From Saccostrea echinata (taxonomy: Eukaryota), in contig NW_026889801.1 in the NCBI RefSeq assembly GCF_033153115.1, positions 10,974,001-11,038,000 on the forward strand: a stretch of DNA of 64,000 nt, in the 5' to 3' direction. The notes beneath the pieces are model-generated. The model searched no databases. It worked only from the letters and a program-made list of their open reading frames with translations, and was not told the DNA's origin. How positions within the stretch are numbered: the stretch's first letter is position 1; each line of letters opens with the position of its first letter. Positions 47,960 through 62,029 of the stretch are shown piece by piece. The translations under genes and the position numbers were made by a program.

Positions 47960-49055
47960 TCGACCTTAATGCAACAAAAAGTGATATATTATCCTGATCA
48001 GTGACCAGGTTAAAAATTTTGGGATCAGGTTTATTCCAGTGTAACTTGAAGCCCTATCTTGATCAAACTTGCCTGGATGACACATTTATAGGGCTGCACA
48101 GTGGCAGACTTGCTTCGGATGCTTGGACTGACCCAAATTTTTCAGATCATTGAACAAATTAAAGTTTTTAGAGCAGGTCAATTTCGAAGCAACGTATAAG
48201 CATGATCTCGACAAGCTTGCATAGATAATTCATCTTGGGATGAAAGCTATACCACACTTGCTTCGGATGCTGGATTTGACCTACATTTTCTGAAACAGTG
48301 ACCAGAATAAAGTTTTTGGAGTAGGTTCATCCAAGTGCAACTTTAAGCACCAACTTACATTGATGATGCAATTATTGGCCTAAGGGATGTACAAAGCTGG
48401 ATTTGCTTCAGATGCTGGATCTGACCTACATTTTCCAGACCAGTGAACACGCAGATTAAAGTTTTTGGAGAAGATCCATTCCTAAGTATAACAGAAAGCC
48501 TTATGGTGACAAAACTTGCATGGATGATGTACTTAGGGATGCACGGTTCAAGACTTGCCTAAGATGCCGTATCTGACCAACATTTTCCGTGAGATTGAAC
48601 AGAATTTAGTTTTTAGAGCAAACTTTCATCCCCAAGTAGGTGTCTAAATTTGTATGCATGGTGCATCTTGGAACAAACAGAAACAGGTTAAAGTTTTTGA
48701 AGCAGGTCCGTTCCCAGGTAATTATAAACTCTATACCTCAACAAACTTGAATGAATGGTTTATCTAGGGATTGAAAGCTTCCAGCTTTGTTTCGGATTCT
48801 AGATCTGACCTACATTTTCTGCATTAGTGCAGAGATCAAAGTATTTGAAGTGGTTCATTCCCAGGTTACTATATCCTGACCAAATTTGCATGGATGCTGC
48901 ATTTAGGTATTCACACTACCAGACTTGGTTCCAATGCAACCAGACCAAACTTGCATAAATGTTACATGTAGGGATACACACTATATCATAATATTTGTTA
49001 AGTGTGAGGCCTTGCCTTACTTATAGGTAGCACTCATTGAGTTGAGCTTTGTAAT
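47960..49055. repeat. Degenerate ~140-bp tandem array, second satellite-bearing element family
   Basis: Recurring GACTTGCTTCGGATGCTGGATCTGACCTACATTTT...GTGACCAG.TTAAAGTTTTTGGAG units. Confidence 0.7.
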
Positions 49056-49757
49056 CTATTACCTATGTTTAGGCTAAAAAATATAGGAAATTGCATTAAA
49101 TTGATTTCATACAGTAAGAATATCTGTGTTTTTAAAAACAAAATGATAATGTAAGGCTAGAAAAATCAGGTTTCCATATTTTTAGGCAGATCTATAGAGC
49201 TAGTAATTTGTGATAAAAAAAATTAATGCCTTTTATACAAGACAGTATAATTATATATGGACATCCAATGTCTATTGTCTCGGACCAGTGTCTCGTGAAA
49301 TTTGTATTCACTATCTTACAATTTACAGGAATACAGGGGATTGTCCACATATTATTCGCCTAATTAAGGCTTATACAATGAGTAAACTAGAATTCTATGT
49401 GTATAAAACAATTGTTTGTAAATGTGAATTAACATGGAACTAGTAGTACATAAAATGTACATATCATATTTAGTCTGTGACATGCATGAAAAAAAAAATG
49501 TTTTTTCGAGAGCGAGCGGAGAAATATATACAGTGTATATGACCTTCTCCAAGCTTAACATTTCTGTTGTATTAACCCATTTATGATGCAATTTAACTCA
49601 TAAACCACGCTGTTGCTTCTCTAAATGTATAAAGTTATTGCGACGTCAGATAATATATAGTCTCCTCGACCTGTTCAACGACAAAAGCATTTTCCATAAT
49701 TATATGATATGTTGGTTTAATACTTTTATTCATTATTTTTCGAATTCCGGATCCGAA

Positions 49758-50816
49758 ATGAAAGCATTGCACCTGCCTTGGATTTGCATATTTCTTGCAG
49801 CAAAAACATCGGAGTCGCTTATAACAGATCAGAAATATGAAAATCCAGTGATAGTTGTTTGTGCCAACCAATCATCGGACCAAGAAATAAACAATTTGAG
49901 ACAGCAGTTGAATCAAGAGACTGTAATAAGGTTATCACTCACGAGACAAGTGTATTCCTTGGTGGATGATATGATAACAATGAAAAAACAGATGGCGAAA
50001 ATGGAAGCTAGAGTACAGGAAATGGAAAAGAAAGAGGATGATCTTCAACTTGCGAATCAAAGACAGCAGAAGGAACTAGATCAGTATCAGAGGATGGACA
50101 ATACTATTGATGATAATTCTGCACAAATTGGAAAGATACAGAAAGATCTCCTTACTTTGACTTCAGCTGTGGATGCCGTTTGCAATGGGACAGGTACGGG
50201 TTTGTATGATCTTAATAAAGCTTAATTTCTAAATGTTATTTCACATCCAGATGTTTAAAACAAAGAATTATAAGTCATTATATTTCCATGTAGAATAAAT
50301 TTATGAATAATTATGACGACTTGGATTGAAAATGTTGTTACATTCATGTAGTTTTTGTTACCGTTTTTGATCTTTCAAAGTGGTAACCAATATACCTTAT
50401 TCTCTACATCTTCTGCAGACAAAAGGGCAGTTGTATTCAATGCAGCCATCAGCAAAACATTAAATCTCCAACGCAACACTCCAGTCAATATTGTGTATGA
50501 CACAGTTCTATATCAAACTGGCAACGAATATAATCCACGGAATGGTTTCTTCACGGCACCTTCTAGAGGTCTTTATGTATTTTCGTGGGCAACTTTGGTT
50601 GCAACTCGCAAGATATTTGATACAGAACTTTTGGTTAACGGTCAGCGAAAGGGTTTAGGAAATTGTAATAATGAAGGCAATCCTGGCGCCGGAAACTGTG
50701 CAAATACCATTCCTGTAGTTCTAAAATTTGGAGACGAAGTTAATATACGTACAACTACTGCAAACTATGTCCATGGAGATCTGTGGTCAAGCTTCAAAGG
50801 GTGGAAAGTTTGGTAA
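49758..50816 (+). CDS. Secreted coiled-coil C1q-domain-containing protein, copy 1, ~279 aa; join(49758-50199,50419-50816)
   Basis: Signal-peptide-like MKALHLPWICIFLAA, a heptad coiled coil and a phase-1 intron. The gC1q exon has VVFNA, VYDTV, YNPRNGFFTAPSRGLYVF, L..GDEV and SSFKGW. An alternative in-frame donor lies after 50193. Confidence 0.9.
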
Positions 50817-52137
50817 AACCGAAACATTTTCTGAATTATACCTTCAAAATGGTTTCATTGGATATTTAATGTTTTACTGCTTGAACATTTCAAGTAAGAA
50901 TGTCCTCAGGATCATAGAATGTAAAAAAAACTCTTTCAAGTCCTATTTTCTTCATTCAGATTACTAATTTATGTCTCCTTTAACGAAAGGAGAGAATAAT
51001 ATATAGATTTTGGCTTGGTTGTCTTTCTTTGCCTGTTTGTTTAGATGTCTGTCGGTATTTAAATGACTGTGTGCGGAACCCTTGGTATGGTTATAAGCTT
51101 TAGTTTGTTGTTGCCCCAGACCTAAGATGCGTAATAATCTTGACCGAAGATCTTTTATTAAGCGTAGAAGTCAAAGGGATAAAATAGTGTCAGACTACAT
51201 CTCTTGAATCCCTGGAAGAATTAAAAGTTGAGTATTGTTGCTGATGCATTAAAGATTTATCTTGAACTTGATCTCAAGTTTGGGATTGAAGAAATATTTA
51301 TTTTTGTGTAGAAATTGAAAAATCTGTTCTTTTGTTTTTAACACAGATGTATGCATTTTTTTTTTTCTACTTTCTGATTTTCGAGTGTTTGCAGAAATTA
51401 ATATTCCTCGATACATTATCTTTATACTCATTAGATTGAATAATTTATTTTGTTTTTCTGTAGAACAATAATTACTCCGCTTGTTATATCCACTTTATAT
51501 GTAAATTACTTAAAAATTGTGAATCTAAAGCAAGTTTTTTTTGGAAATAAAATAGTTGTAAGGTTCGGTATATTTTTGTCTTTTGCACCCTATATGAGAT
51601 ACGTTCTGCACAGCATGGATAAGATAAGTGGTCCAGTCAAATAAAGGGTCTTTTGTTGATATTGAAGAAAATGTTTTCAATAGCCAATGCATTGAAGAAA
51701 TAATCCTAAAAATTCAATTTTCTAATGTCTTTCCTAAGGGATGCAGACACATTTGTTGGACATCTCTCTCCACATCCATAAAAATTTCTGGGTAATAAAC
51801 ATTGATAAGAATATATTGGAACTTTATGTTTTTGCCAATGTTCTAAAGATGTGATATGATCTTTACTCAAGGACATATCTCAAATGTAAAGGACATATGT
51901 AAATCTGGAACCCTTTAGTGGGATGAATTCGAACACTAGCGCTAATTTGTTGTCCCATGGCCTATACATGTGTATACAAACATCTTGATTTAAAAGGGAC
52001 TGGACACAGTAGCATTGCGTTTTGTTTACAATATTTTTCTTTTTACATTTCTAAGATAACGTCAGTTGAACTTACATGAAAAATTCTTAAAATTCTATAA
52101 AAACATCATTCTTCATAATATCACGTCAAACATCTGT

Positions 52138-52423
52138 GGTCGCCCGCGTGGTGTAGTGGTTAGAGCGTCTGCTCTTGAGTCGCAGAGTAAGGTAAGGAGT
52201 TGATCATTACGTAGCGGGTTTGAATCCCACTGTGGGACGTGTAGATCAGTCCTTCGGATGAGACGGTATATTCGAAACATATCTGGCACGAAAAAGATCC
52301 CTCACTGCTTAATTTTAATGGCCGGGAATAGGTCTAAAATTTGCAGCCCTCCACCGGCAAGAGGTGGCGTCTCAATATGAGTGAAAATTCCTCAAAAGGG
52401 AGTTAAACAAACAAACAAAAACA
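52138..52423 (+). mobile_element. tRNA-derived SINE
   Basis: A box TGGTGTAGTGG (52149), B-box-like GTTTGAATCC (52218), (AAAC)n tail, near-perfect TSD CAAACATCTGT/CAAGCATCTGT. Confidence 0.8.
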
Positions 52424-53847
52424 AGCATCTGTTTGTAAACATGACAAGAGCTCTGTTTTTGTTCATGTTTACATTTTACTGGTTCGATTTGTTTACTCTT
52501 CACACTTCACTGAAAACGGACTGACAATACTGATTAGTTGGTTTTGAAAACGGACTAACAATAATGGTTAGTTGGTTGGCTTTTTTCACATTTCTACTGT
52601 GAATTTTCTGGATTATAGTTTTAATATTTTTCATTAATACACAATAAATTTTCCACTTTTCTTAAATATTAAGGATAAAGTTTACTTCATTAAAGTGCAA
52701 GGATGTGTGTCAATCAAACGCGTCCCGAAATTCGTAGTTTTAATATTTTTAAATAAAAGAAGTTCCGAAACATGCTTTAAATTTATAATATTTTGACGTG
52801 AAATGCTCTAGCAACATACAAGTCATTATATTATATTGAAAATTTTAGCTCATATCTAAAAATAAGTTCCGATTAATTTTATTTTAAATCTTTATTCTTA
52901 CACATGTAGCTGTACGAAGTATATTTCTACTTGAACCTTTTAAAGATATTTGAAACAAAAGATATTATATATAATATTTTCTTCATCATTTCATATCCCA
53001 ATTTATTATTCTCATTGCGCAAAGGCAACTTGTATTCAGGAAAGATTTTAAAAAATTATATATAAAGATAGTTATGGAGAGGGTGTTAATAGGCAATGGC
53101 TGTTGCCCAGTGCAATAAGATTTTTTTTTAGAATAAATATAATTGTTTAAAGTAATATAACGTAATGCTTCACTTTGAAAATTTGTAATTATTTTCAGAA
53201 CTTTTCTTGCTATGCCTGTAGATAATGTCTTGATTTTTTAAATATGTTTCTTGATATTGAGGACCAGTTTCACGTTTCGTGCTGATTAACCAAAACTTAT
53301 GGCCCCTAGACTTTAAAGTTTTCTAAAATTTTCTGTTTTCCATACTTTATTTAAAATTTCCTCGTCAGCGGGGGCATTCTTGTGACCATGGCACATCAAT
53401 TCAACCTCTAATTCGTAATTACAAACAGTTTTCTTTTAAGTGAGAACCTCATGCAGCCATTCAAAATGTTGAGGCAGCAGACATTTACACATGCTGATTA
53501 GAGAAGGTCACACACTCTACTAATTTCTCTACTAACTCTACTAATTTTCCGGTGGCATTAAAGTGTTTTTAAAACAAACACATTCTTCGTTTCATAATTG
53601 AATTATTATTTACTATTCATGTAGGTACTTACTGATTTAAGTACTCTTTAATTGCCACTTTTCTTGCGGTAAAATTTTCTAAAAATCAACGATCTTCACT
53701 TATGGAAGGAACGGCATTGGTTGTAATTGAATAAGTATCGTAACTAAATCGTACATAAAGAAAAGCCTCATTCATCGAGAAAAAGCATTTTTTCTGTGTA
53801 ATCTATTGGTTTGATCTTTGGTGATTTCGAACTTCCAAATAGCATTG

Positions 53848-55269
53848 ATGCTTCCGCTTTGGTTCTCCATATTGCTTGCCACAGCATCAGCGCAGTTGCT
53901 TACAACAGATAAGAAATCTGAAAATCAACTGACAGTTGTTTGTGCCAACCAATCATCGGACCAAGAAATGAACAATTTGAGACAGCAGTTGAATCAAGAA
54001 ACTACAATAAGATTGTCGCTTACCAGACAAATGTATTCCTTGGTGGATGATATGATAACAATGAAAAAACACATGGCGAATTTGGAAGCCAAAGTACAAG
54101 AAATGGAGAAGAATGGTAGTGATCTTCAACTTACGAATAAAAGATTGCAAAGTGAACTAGATCAACATTTGAGGAGGAACAATACTGACATTGAGATGTC
54201 AAGGCTGATTAGAAAGATACAGAATGACCTTCTTAATTTGACTTCAACAGTGGACGCCGTTTGCAGTGACACCTATACGGGTTTGTGTTACTTGTATCTT
54301 ACTGATACTTATAATTGAACCTGTAAATTCTTATTTTACTTTTAAATACTGTAAGCATATATTTTCAACGAAAAATTGAAATCGGATCTCTGAAAAAAAT
54401 TTTATGAATATTAATTTAATGCCAATCTTAAAACGAATTACAAGGTCGTAAGAACAGGAAGGGGGGGGTGCCCCCTATACATGTAATTTTGCCAATAAAT
54501 GGTATTCTATAGAAATCATAGCAACTTTGTGCTTGTGCCCCTTCAATAATACCGTCTTATTTCCATTTTTTTGCCTGTTAAGGAATTTTTGCGTGGAATT
54601 GCTTGGTTACCCCCCCCCCCTCACTGAAATTGCTTCCTATGGGCCTGAATGGTTCTTGTTTCTTTAATCGGTCAGTGTTTCTTCTGATACTTTACCTATA
54701 TTTAAAAAAATCATTATCTAAATAGAATTACACATATATGCGTTTTATAACTGTAATACATGTGCATTCGGAAATATTGTTTTATTTACGTATTTTATTT
54801 TGGTATCTTGAATTCTCGATCAGCCTGAACTTTAACCTTTGAACCTTAATAATACTATGCCTCTTCTGCAGATAAAACAGCCGTGGTATTCAATGCAGCC
54901 ATCAGCAAAACATTAGATCTGCAACGCAACACTCCAGTCAATGTTGTGTATGACACAGTTCTATATCAAACTGGCAACGCTTACAATCCACGGAATGGTT
55001 TTTTCACGGCGCCCTCTGATGGTCTATATGTGTTTACGTGGGCAACATTGGTTGTAGGCAATAAGATATTTGATGCAGAACTTTTAGTAAACGGCCAGAG
55101 AAAAGGCTTAGGAAACTGTAACAATGAAGGCAATCCTGGCAACGAAAACTGTGCAAACACCATTCCCGTTGTTCTAGAATTGGGAGATGAAGTCAATATA
55201 CGGACCACCACCGCAAATTATGCCTATGGGTATCAGTGGTCAAGCTTCAAAGGGTGGAAAGTTTGGTAA
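53848..55269 (+). CDS. Secreted coiled-coil C1q-domain-containing protein, copy 2, ~276 aa; join(53848-54280,54872-55269)
   Basis: MLPLWFSILLATASA signal-like start; exon structure and motifs paralogous to copy 1; G|GTTTGT donor and CTGCAG acceptor. Confidence 0.9.
54441..54647 (-). mobile_element. G/C-tract MITE in the intron of C1qDC copy 2
   Basis: Ends CAAGGTCGTAAGAA / TTCCTATGGGCCTG; absent from the introns of copies 1 and 3. Confidence 0.6.
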
Positions 55270-56182
55270 AACCAACATATTTGCAATTGACGTTTGAGCT
55301 TGACTACTGTTCGTTATCTTCATATTTCATTTTAACTTTAACAATGTATTTAAATATATATTTTGCATTGGTTAGATAATATTTTGCAGACTGCGCTTTT
55401 CAAATGAAATTTTCTCGAGGAAAATGTTATTAAAGTGTTTTCTTTTTCATGTTTTTCATTTGTTTCCATCATTCAGATTATTTATAATGTTCGCTTCTTC
55501 TGGAAGAAATACCGAGTTTGTCTTGATTGTCTTTTTCCGCTATTTAGCTGTTTCAAATAAACGTACCTGAAGGTTGAGTGTTCTTATTGTTTTTGAACAC
55601 GACATAACGCATGTAGTAATATTGACTAAAGGTCACATCTGAAATCAGCCCAGGTTAGTGGACAACGAGGTAAAACTCTTAAAGATGTGTTTTATTGAGA
55701 CTCAAGGTCATATTTCAAGGTCACATATAGTGATGGCCATCGATACAAATGAGAGCCATCCATTTTGTATAGAAAAGAAATCTGTTATTCTTTAATTGTA
55801 CCCGGATGTATGTTTTTTCCTCTACTTTCTGAGTTTTCTTCCAAACAAATTTTCTTTGTTTTTTAGTGTAAGCCTGAATTAATATTCTTCGGTACATTTA
55901 CCTCATCACGATTTTTGTTGAAAATACATCTTTTCTGTAGAACAATTTTAACCTCGCCTGATTATAGGTATATTTATCTCTAAAGCAAGATTTTTTAAAA
56001 ATAAATAAAACATTCGTTTATTAGCTATATATAATATTTTTTGACATTTGCCAACAACATGAGACAAGTTTTGATCAGTGGTAAATTATAGAAGTAGTCC
56101 ACACTCAGATAAAGAGTCTTTGCTGAAAAAAGAGAAATCTTTTTTCTTTCTTCCACAAGAGGAAGAGGCATATTTCTTTTGA

Positions 56183-56313
56183 NNNNNNNNNNNNNNNNNN
56201 NNNNNNNNNNNNNNNNNNNNNNNNNNNNNNNNNNNNNNNNNNNNNNNNNNNNNNNNNNNNNNNNNNNNNNNNNNNNNNNNNNNNNNNNNNNNNNNNNNNN
56301 NNNNNNNNNNNNN
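56183..56313. other. Assembly gap (N run)
   Basis: Direct reading. Confidence 0.99.
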
Positions 56314-57489
56314 CTTGCGTGCATGGATTAATGTCGTGTATTTATGTTATTTCACGATGAAATCAACATTTTAAACGTTAAAATCCAGATCAATTCATTG
56401 TAATACTACTTTTCTGGACACATATTTTAGCTATCAGAAAAGCAAAACATTAACCAGTAACCAGCTTCTGAGGGCTTCAGCATCCAATCCAATAGATACG
56501 ACCCTGCAAAGTCAAAACAAATTCAAAAAATCAAAAGCTATTTTTATAAGTATTTTTCAATTCCATAATAATCTCCGTATAAACAGGAAAAGGACTCTTG
56601 AATACAGTACTTAAAGAATCGAGCATATCCCTTCAGCAAAACAAATTATATTCTATTCATAAAAAATTGATTCATTGATTGATAAAAATCAGTTTCTCAG
56701 TGATACTTATGGTGGATAAAGTGACGATTACGCAAATTGTGATGGAAGCTTGGGTATTATTTGTATCTATACAAATTGGAATTTGTCCAATATATCAAGA
56801 CAGAAGACATTCACCCATGATCATTATGAGGCACATCTCTTTTGACATACCAGGGCTTAATAACCTTTGCATCCAGGTCCTGTAAAACGTCTCTGTCCCG
56901 ATTGAAAATTTACTCTTCTCCCCCAAAAATGTAGGTAAAAATTTCCAAATGACAGGCAGATTGAATTTTTCAGTGCTTTTCGCATTAAAAAAAAACTTGA
57001 ATTTTAATATCTTAATGATTAGCAAAGATGTGAATAGGGAATAAGCCTTCAGAGTAGCTCTTAATTCAACAGTAGAACTTAATATGACATATTTCCAAAT
57101 TTTACCACTTTTTCGATTAAACATTTCCGATTGAAAGGGTACAGAACCCTGAATCAAAAAGGCTCAATTGAGGTCTGTAAACGTACTAAATTATATTTAA
57201 AGCAATTTCAAGTACCTTAGTTTCATAAAACAAAAAAAAAAGATTTTATGTTTACATGTAAAGAGGTACTACATGTATGTAATTTCCAAGTACTCTTCAA
57301 ATTCCAATTTTTCAAACGGTTATTTTCCTAAAATCAAGGAGTTTAATCTTTGGAGGGAAAAATTGGTTGAAGATATAATATATGAAACATGTACATCGTA
57401 CATAAACACTACCAATATAACGAGAAAATCATTCGTCCTGATAATGCATCAGTTTAATCTTTGATGATTTCGAATTCCAAAATACCAGC

Positions 57490-58508
57490 ATTGTACAAAA
57501 TATGGTTTTACACATAGCTTGCCGCAACAACATGCAGTCGCATACAACAGATCAGAAATCTGAAAATCCAGTGATAGTTGTTTGCGCCAACCAATCATCG
57601 AACCAAGAAATGAACAATGTGAGACAGCAGTTGAATCAAGAATCTTTAATAATGTTATTGCTTACGAAACAAGTGTATTACTTGGTGGATGATATGATAA
57701 CAATAAAAAAAACACATGGTGAAAACGGAAGCCAAAGTACAGGAAATGGAGAAGAAAGAGAATGTTCTTCAACTTGCGAATCAAAGATTGCAGAGTGAAC
57801 TAGGCCAGCTTTTGAAGATGAATGATACTGATGATGAGACGTCTCACAAATTGGAAGGATACAGGAAAATCTCCGTAATTTGAGTTCAACTGTGGAGGTT
57901 GTTTGTACTACTTGCACTTATACCGGTTTGTTTAAAATGTTTAGAATAAAGAAGTATGTATAAGTTATCGCATCTCTTTGAAGAATAAATTTATGAATAT
58001 TTATTTATGATCAATCCAAGGACGACTTTTTTTGAAAATATTATTACATTCATTTAATTCTTGTTACTGTTTTTAATCTTTCCAAGTGGGAACAAATATA
58101 CCTATAATGTGCCCAGACAAAATAGCAGTTGTATTCAATGCAGCCATCAGCAAAACATTAGATCTCCAACGCAACATTCCAGTCAATGTTGTGTATGACA
58201 CAGTTTAAATTAAACTGGCAATGCGTATAATCCACGTAATGGTTTCTTCACAGCGCCCTCTGGTGGACTCTTTGTCTTTTCATGGGCAACTTTGGTTGCA
58301 GCTCTTATTTGATACAGAACTTTTGGTTAACGGACAAAGAAAGGGTTTAGGGAATTGTAATAATGAAGGCAATTCTGGTAACGGAAACTGTGCCAACACC
58401 ATTCCTGTTGTTCTAGAATTTGGAGACGAAATTAATATACGTACAACTACGGCAAATTATATCCACGGAAATCATTGGTCAAGCTTCAAAGGATGGAAAG
58501 TTTGGTGA
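57490..58508 (+). pseudogene. C1qDC copy 3, pseudogene (exon remnants ~57490-57925 and 58117-58508)
   Basis: Collinear with copies 1 and 2. It has a TAG in the signal-peptide frame (~57515), a frameshift in the A-run at ~57705-57712, an in-frame TAA after ...DTV (~58206) and a small deletion near 58300. Confidence 0.82.
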
Positions 58509-59776
58509 AACATTTTCAGTTCTAACAATCATGCATTTGAACATGTTCTGTATTGGATATATAATATTTTACTGACTGAGCATTGCAAGTGAAAATGTTC
58601 TTGGGATCAGAAAAATATCAGTCATTATCTGGCTTTAAGGTGTACAATTAATGAATACAACTGGGAAAGGGGAGAAACCCATTTTTGTACAGAAAAGGAG
58701 AAATATATTATTCTGTAATTTTACAATAATGTATGCATTTTCCTATTTTCTGATTATGATGAACAAACTTATTTCTATTTTGTGTTTTTAATTGTCAACT
58801 TAATAAATACAATATTCAGGTAATATTTTGTAAATTTAAATGAAGATTAAGTCAAATTTACAGGACATGTTTTCTCGCAATTTTTTTTAATGCTGTAAAC
58901 GATTAAGCTACCTTAAATATTAAAAGCTACTTTTTTCTTCTGATAACGAATTTCCTTTTCTTAATTTCGACTTTCGTAAATCATAATAAAGACTTCCATA
59001 AGTCTTAGTCGTTATAAGACTTTTTATCTTGTACTTTTCCATCTCATAACACAAAGGTAAACTTTTTAGCTAGTTTTGACGACTTTTTTCTCTTCCGTAA
59101 CAACGACCAGAATTTCGCAGATTGTTATTATTACACTTATTAAAATATAATGTTATAGAATCCTTCATGGATACTGTATAATTTCTGAATTTTCTAAAAC
59201 ATTGCAATAATTTGATTTTTTTCCCCTGGAATTGAATTAGAGAGATGTGTTCTATTTTAATTGTGCCTCCTGAAGTTCATTTCCCTGACGGAAAGAAATT
59301 GAGTTAATACGTCACTAAAATAACATCGTTGAGGCACTGAGGTAAAAACTGAAAGTTTTCATGCACAAATGTTTCACTTCGTGAAAAATCAGTAGTAGTT
59401 ACCCCTATAGCTGTCTGACAGCTTGCATAGGTAATCTAATATTGTGGTGGAATACTGATAATATATTTTCATCTTTTGATGTAACACATACTAGTACTGC
59501 TTGGGCAAATAGACTGAACCCGGTGTTTGGTTGAAGGTTTGTTTCAAATAAAGTATTTTCCATATAAAATGAATAAATTATAATTACAAATATCAACTTT
59601 CCAAAAAAGCTCGGCTGAAATCAAGCAATTTTATACATGTATAGTGCACGTTTCGCTCCGATAAACGATTCATGTGATATTGAATGAAAAGGGGCGGGGA
59701 TCGGGGTTAAAATTCTAAATTCATTTATGAAGTAGATATGACTTTTTATGCATGACATACAAATAAATATATATGT

Positions 59777-60019
59777 CATGGCCGTAGGAACCGGGGGCGC
59801 ACGCCCCCCCCCCCCCTTCCAATAATTTTGCCGATATATATATTACTATAGAAAATATAGCTACTATATACTTGTGCCCCCTCAATAAAACGTCTGATAA
59901 CCCTTTTTTTGCTTGTCAAGGAATTTTGGTAGTTGATAAGTTGATAGAACCCCCACTGTGAATGTATGGCTGTGCCCCCCCCCCCCCCCCCCCCACTGAA
60001 ATTGCTTCCCACGGGCCTG
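59777..60019 (-). mobile_element. Same G/C-tract MITE family, 5-bp TSD TATGT
   Basis: CATGGCCGTAGGAA ... TTCCCACGGGCCTG, flanked by TATGT on both sides. Confidence 0.7.
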
Positions 60020-61337
60020 TATGTATGTATGGGCACCTAGTGTTCTATTGTCTTGGGCCAGAGAATGCACGATTTGTATTCACTAACTTACAATGTACGG
60101 GAAGACAGTTGTCCATAATTATATAATTCGCCTAATACAGTAAAATGGGATAAACTAGAATGCTACGTGTATAAAACAATTGTGTATTAATAGGAGTATC
60201 ATAACCGGATCAACCTCATTCTGGACTCCAGCCTATAAACCTTTCAAACCTCAAACACCGTAGTATTTGAGTATGAGTCCTGAATGACATTGGGCCGATC
60301 ATGCTTTTTCTTGTGAACCCGAGACCTGTTGCTACAAGTGAGAGGACGATCCAAGCGGAACAACTCGTACAATTCTTGAGCTTGGTTTGAGTGACCCAAA
60401 TCAAATGTTATTTTTGTTATGCGAACTGACTCTTGGATATTAAGATTCCACCTTCAATATTTGAGGACCTTCCTGACTAGAGCGTCTCACAAGTTTTGAG
60501 GAGTGGCTGTGTAACCCAACCTGTATAAATGCAACAGGAGACAGACACAATCTGATTCACCACTCTTTATTAAATTGAACAATCCATTTTTATTATTTAT
60601 GATTAGAATACATAATGTCACAACACACAGTGGACTAAACATTCTAATAAACATTACTATTTATAATATAAAATATTTAACCTGTAAATAAAATGAGGCA
60701 TCTGAAAATTTTACAAAAAAAGCGCAAGTCTACAAAATTATCTTACTTTATATAAATGAAAACAAGAGAAAGACACAGTCTGATTCACCTCTAAAGACTG
60801 TGTCCGCCCTAGCTAGCTGCTGTCTGTATACCCCCGAAAATACCTCATTAATTTGTTATTTCTTCAAAATTTGCAATAATGACTTTAAATTTTAATTTGA
60901 CTTTTAGTTGACATCATTCTGTCTTCCAACACTCTTTTATTTCTTAATGCATTTTAAAAATTATTTCCAAACTTTTGCATAATCCTTACATTTTCTCTGT
61001 CGTAGCTAATTTATACCAGCAACTGACCTCCAGTCACATAGATACTATTGGTTGCTTCTTCATCCTAACCAAATATATCTTCTGGTAAACATTAAAACTA
61101 ATTCTAAAAGTGCTGTGAAATAAGGTATCTTACTAGTCTTACTATAGCCTTGTACATTTTACTTTGAGCAAGTCAAGATTATGTAAGGCTTACTCGGTTT
61201 TATAGCGTACAACAGAACTACGGCCCAAGTAAAGCCGACTCAACTGACGTTGATAAGATAAGTTTTGCACAGCATGGATGAGATAAGTGGTCCGCTCAGA
61301 TAAAGGGTCATTGAATGAAATATTTTTAATAGAAATG

Positions 61338-61952
61338 AAAAAGGGGTGAAGATAACGAACAGTGATCGATCTCATAAAAACTTCAAACAATACAAATCTG
61401 TGAACAGGGCATAAACCTGGACATTCCAGAGGTGGGATCAGGTGCCTTGGAGGAGTAAACGTCCTCTGTTGACCGGTCACACCCGCCGTGAGCCCTATGC
61501 ATTGATCAAGAAGACGGAACATTCTGTAGTTAAATTTTAGTATAAAAACAAAGATCTAACAATTGGTAGGAAACAAATCAGCCAAAATACGACCCAATGT
61601 TAGGTTATATTTCCTTATTATGTCATTATAACGATCATAGAATTTACGGAATGCTGATCTTAATCGAGGTTATTGAAATCCTGTAACATCAACTTATGTG
61701 TTAGTAGCCTGCCTCGGGTCAAAAACTGATCGTACCCAGAGCATGCTCTTGAGTAGCGAATAACTTAGGAGACATAAACACCATATGCAGGTGATAGTCG
61801 AATAAGGAAAGTTGACGATGGAAAAGGTGAGGTCATCTCGTTTGTCATACAATTTAGTTGTTAGTTGGCTTTCATCGTCTATGGTCAGTAAAACATTCAA
61901 ATATGAAGCAGATGTGGCAGACTCTGTGGTGTCTTTTATTTCAAGTTCACTG
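61338..61952 (-). mobile_element. Degenerate Penelope-like retroelement 3' fragment
   Basis: Minus-strand translation ELEIKDTTESATSASYLNVLL...TTKLYDKRDD..FSIVNFP is an RT/thumb region typical of PLEs. A shorter related 3' piece lies at ~46530-46640 (+). Confidence 0.75.
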
Positions 61953-62029
61953 AAAGTAATTGCAAATGCATTGAAGACATAATTTTATAATGTCGTTCCC
62001 AAGGGGAGCAGACACATTTTTTTTACAAC

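Noticed and set aside
49638-49757. N-terminal extension of C1qDC copy 1 in the ORF track (likewise 50355 and 53818 starts)
   Set aside because: Non-ATG starts in UTR or intron sequence; the ATG before the signal peptide and the splice acceptors explain the genes better.
52138-52235. tRNA gene
   Set aside because: Over-long A-B spacing, followed by a body, an (AAAC)n tail and a TSD, so it is a SINE head.
60510-60990. LTR-like segment (TGTAA...TTACA ends, AATAAA, internal direct repeat)
   Set aside because: No TSD, primer-binding site or recognisable gag/pol nearby, so it cannot be supported.
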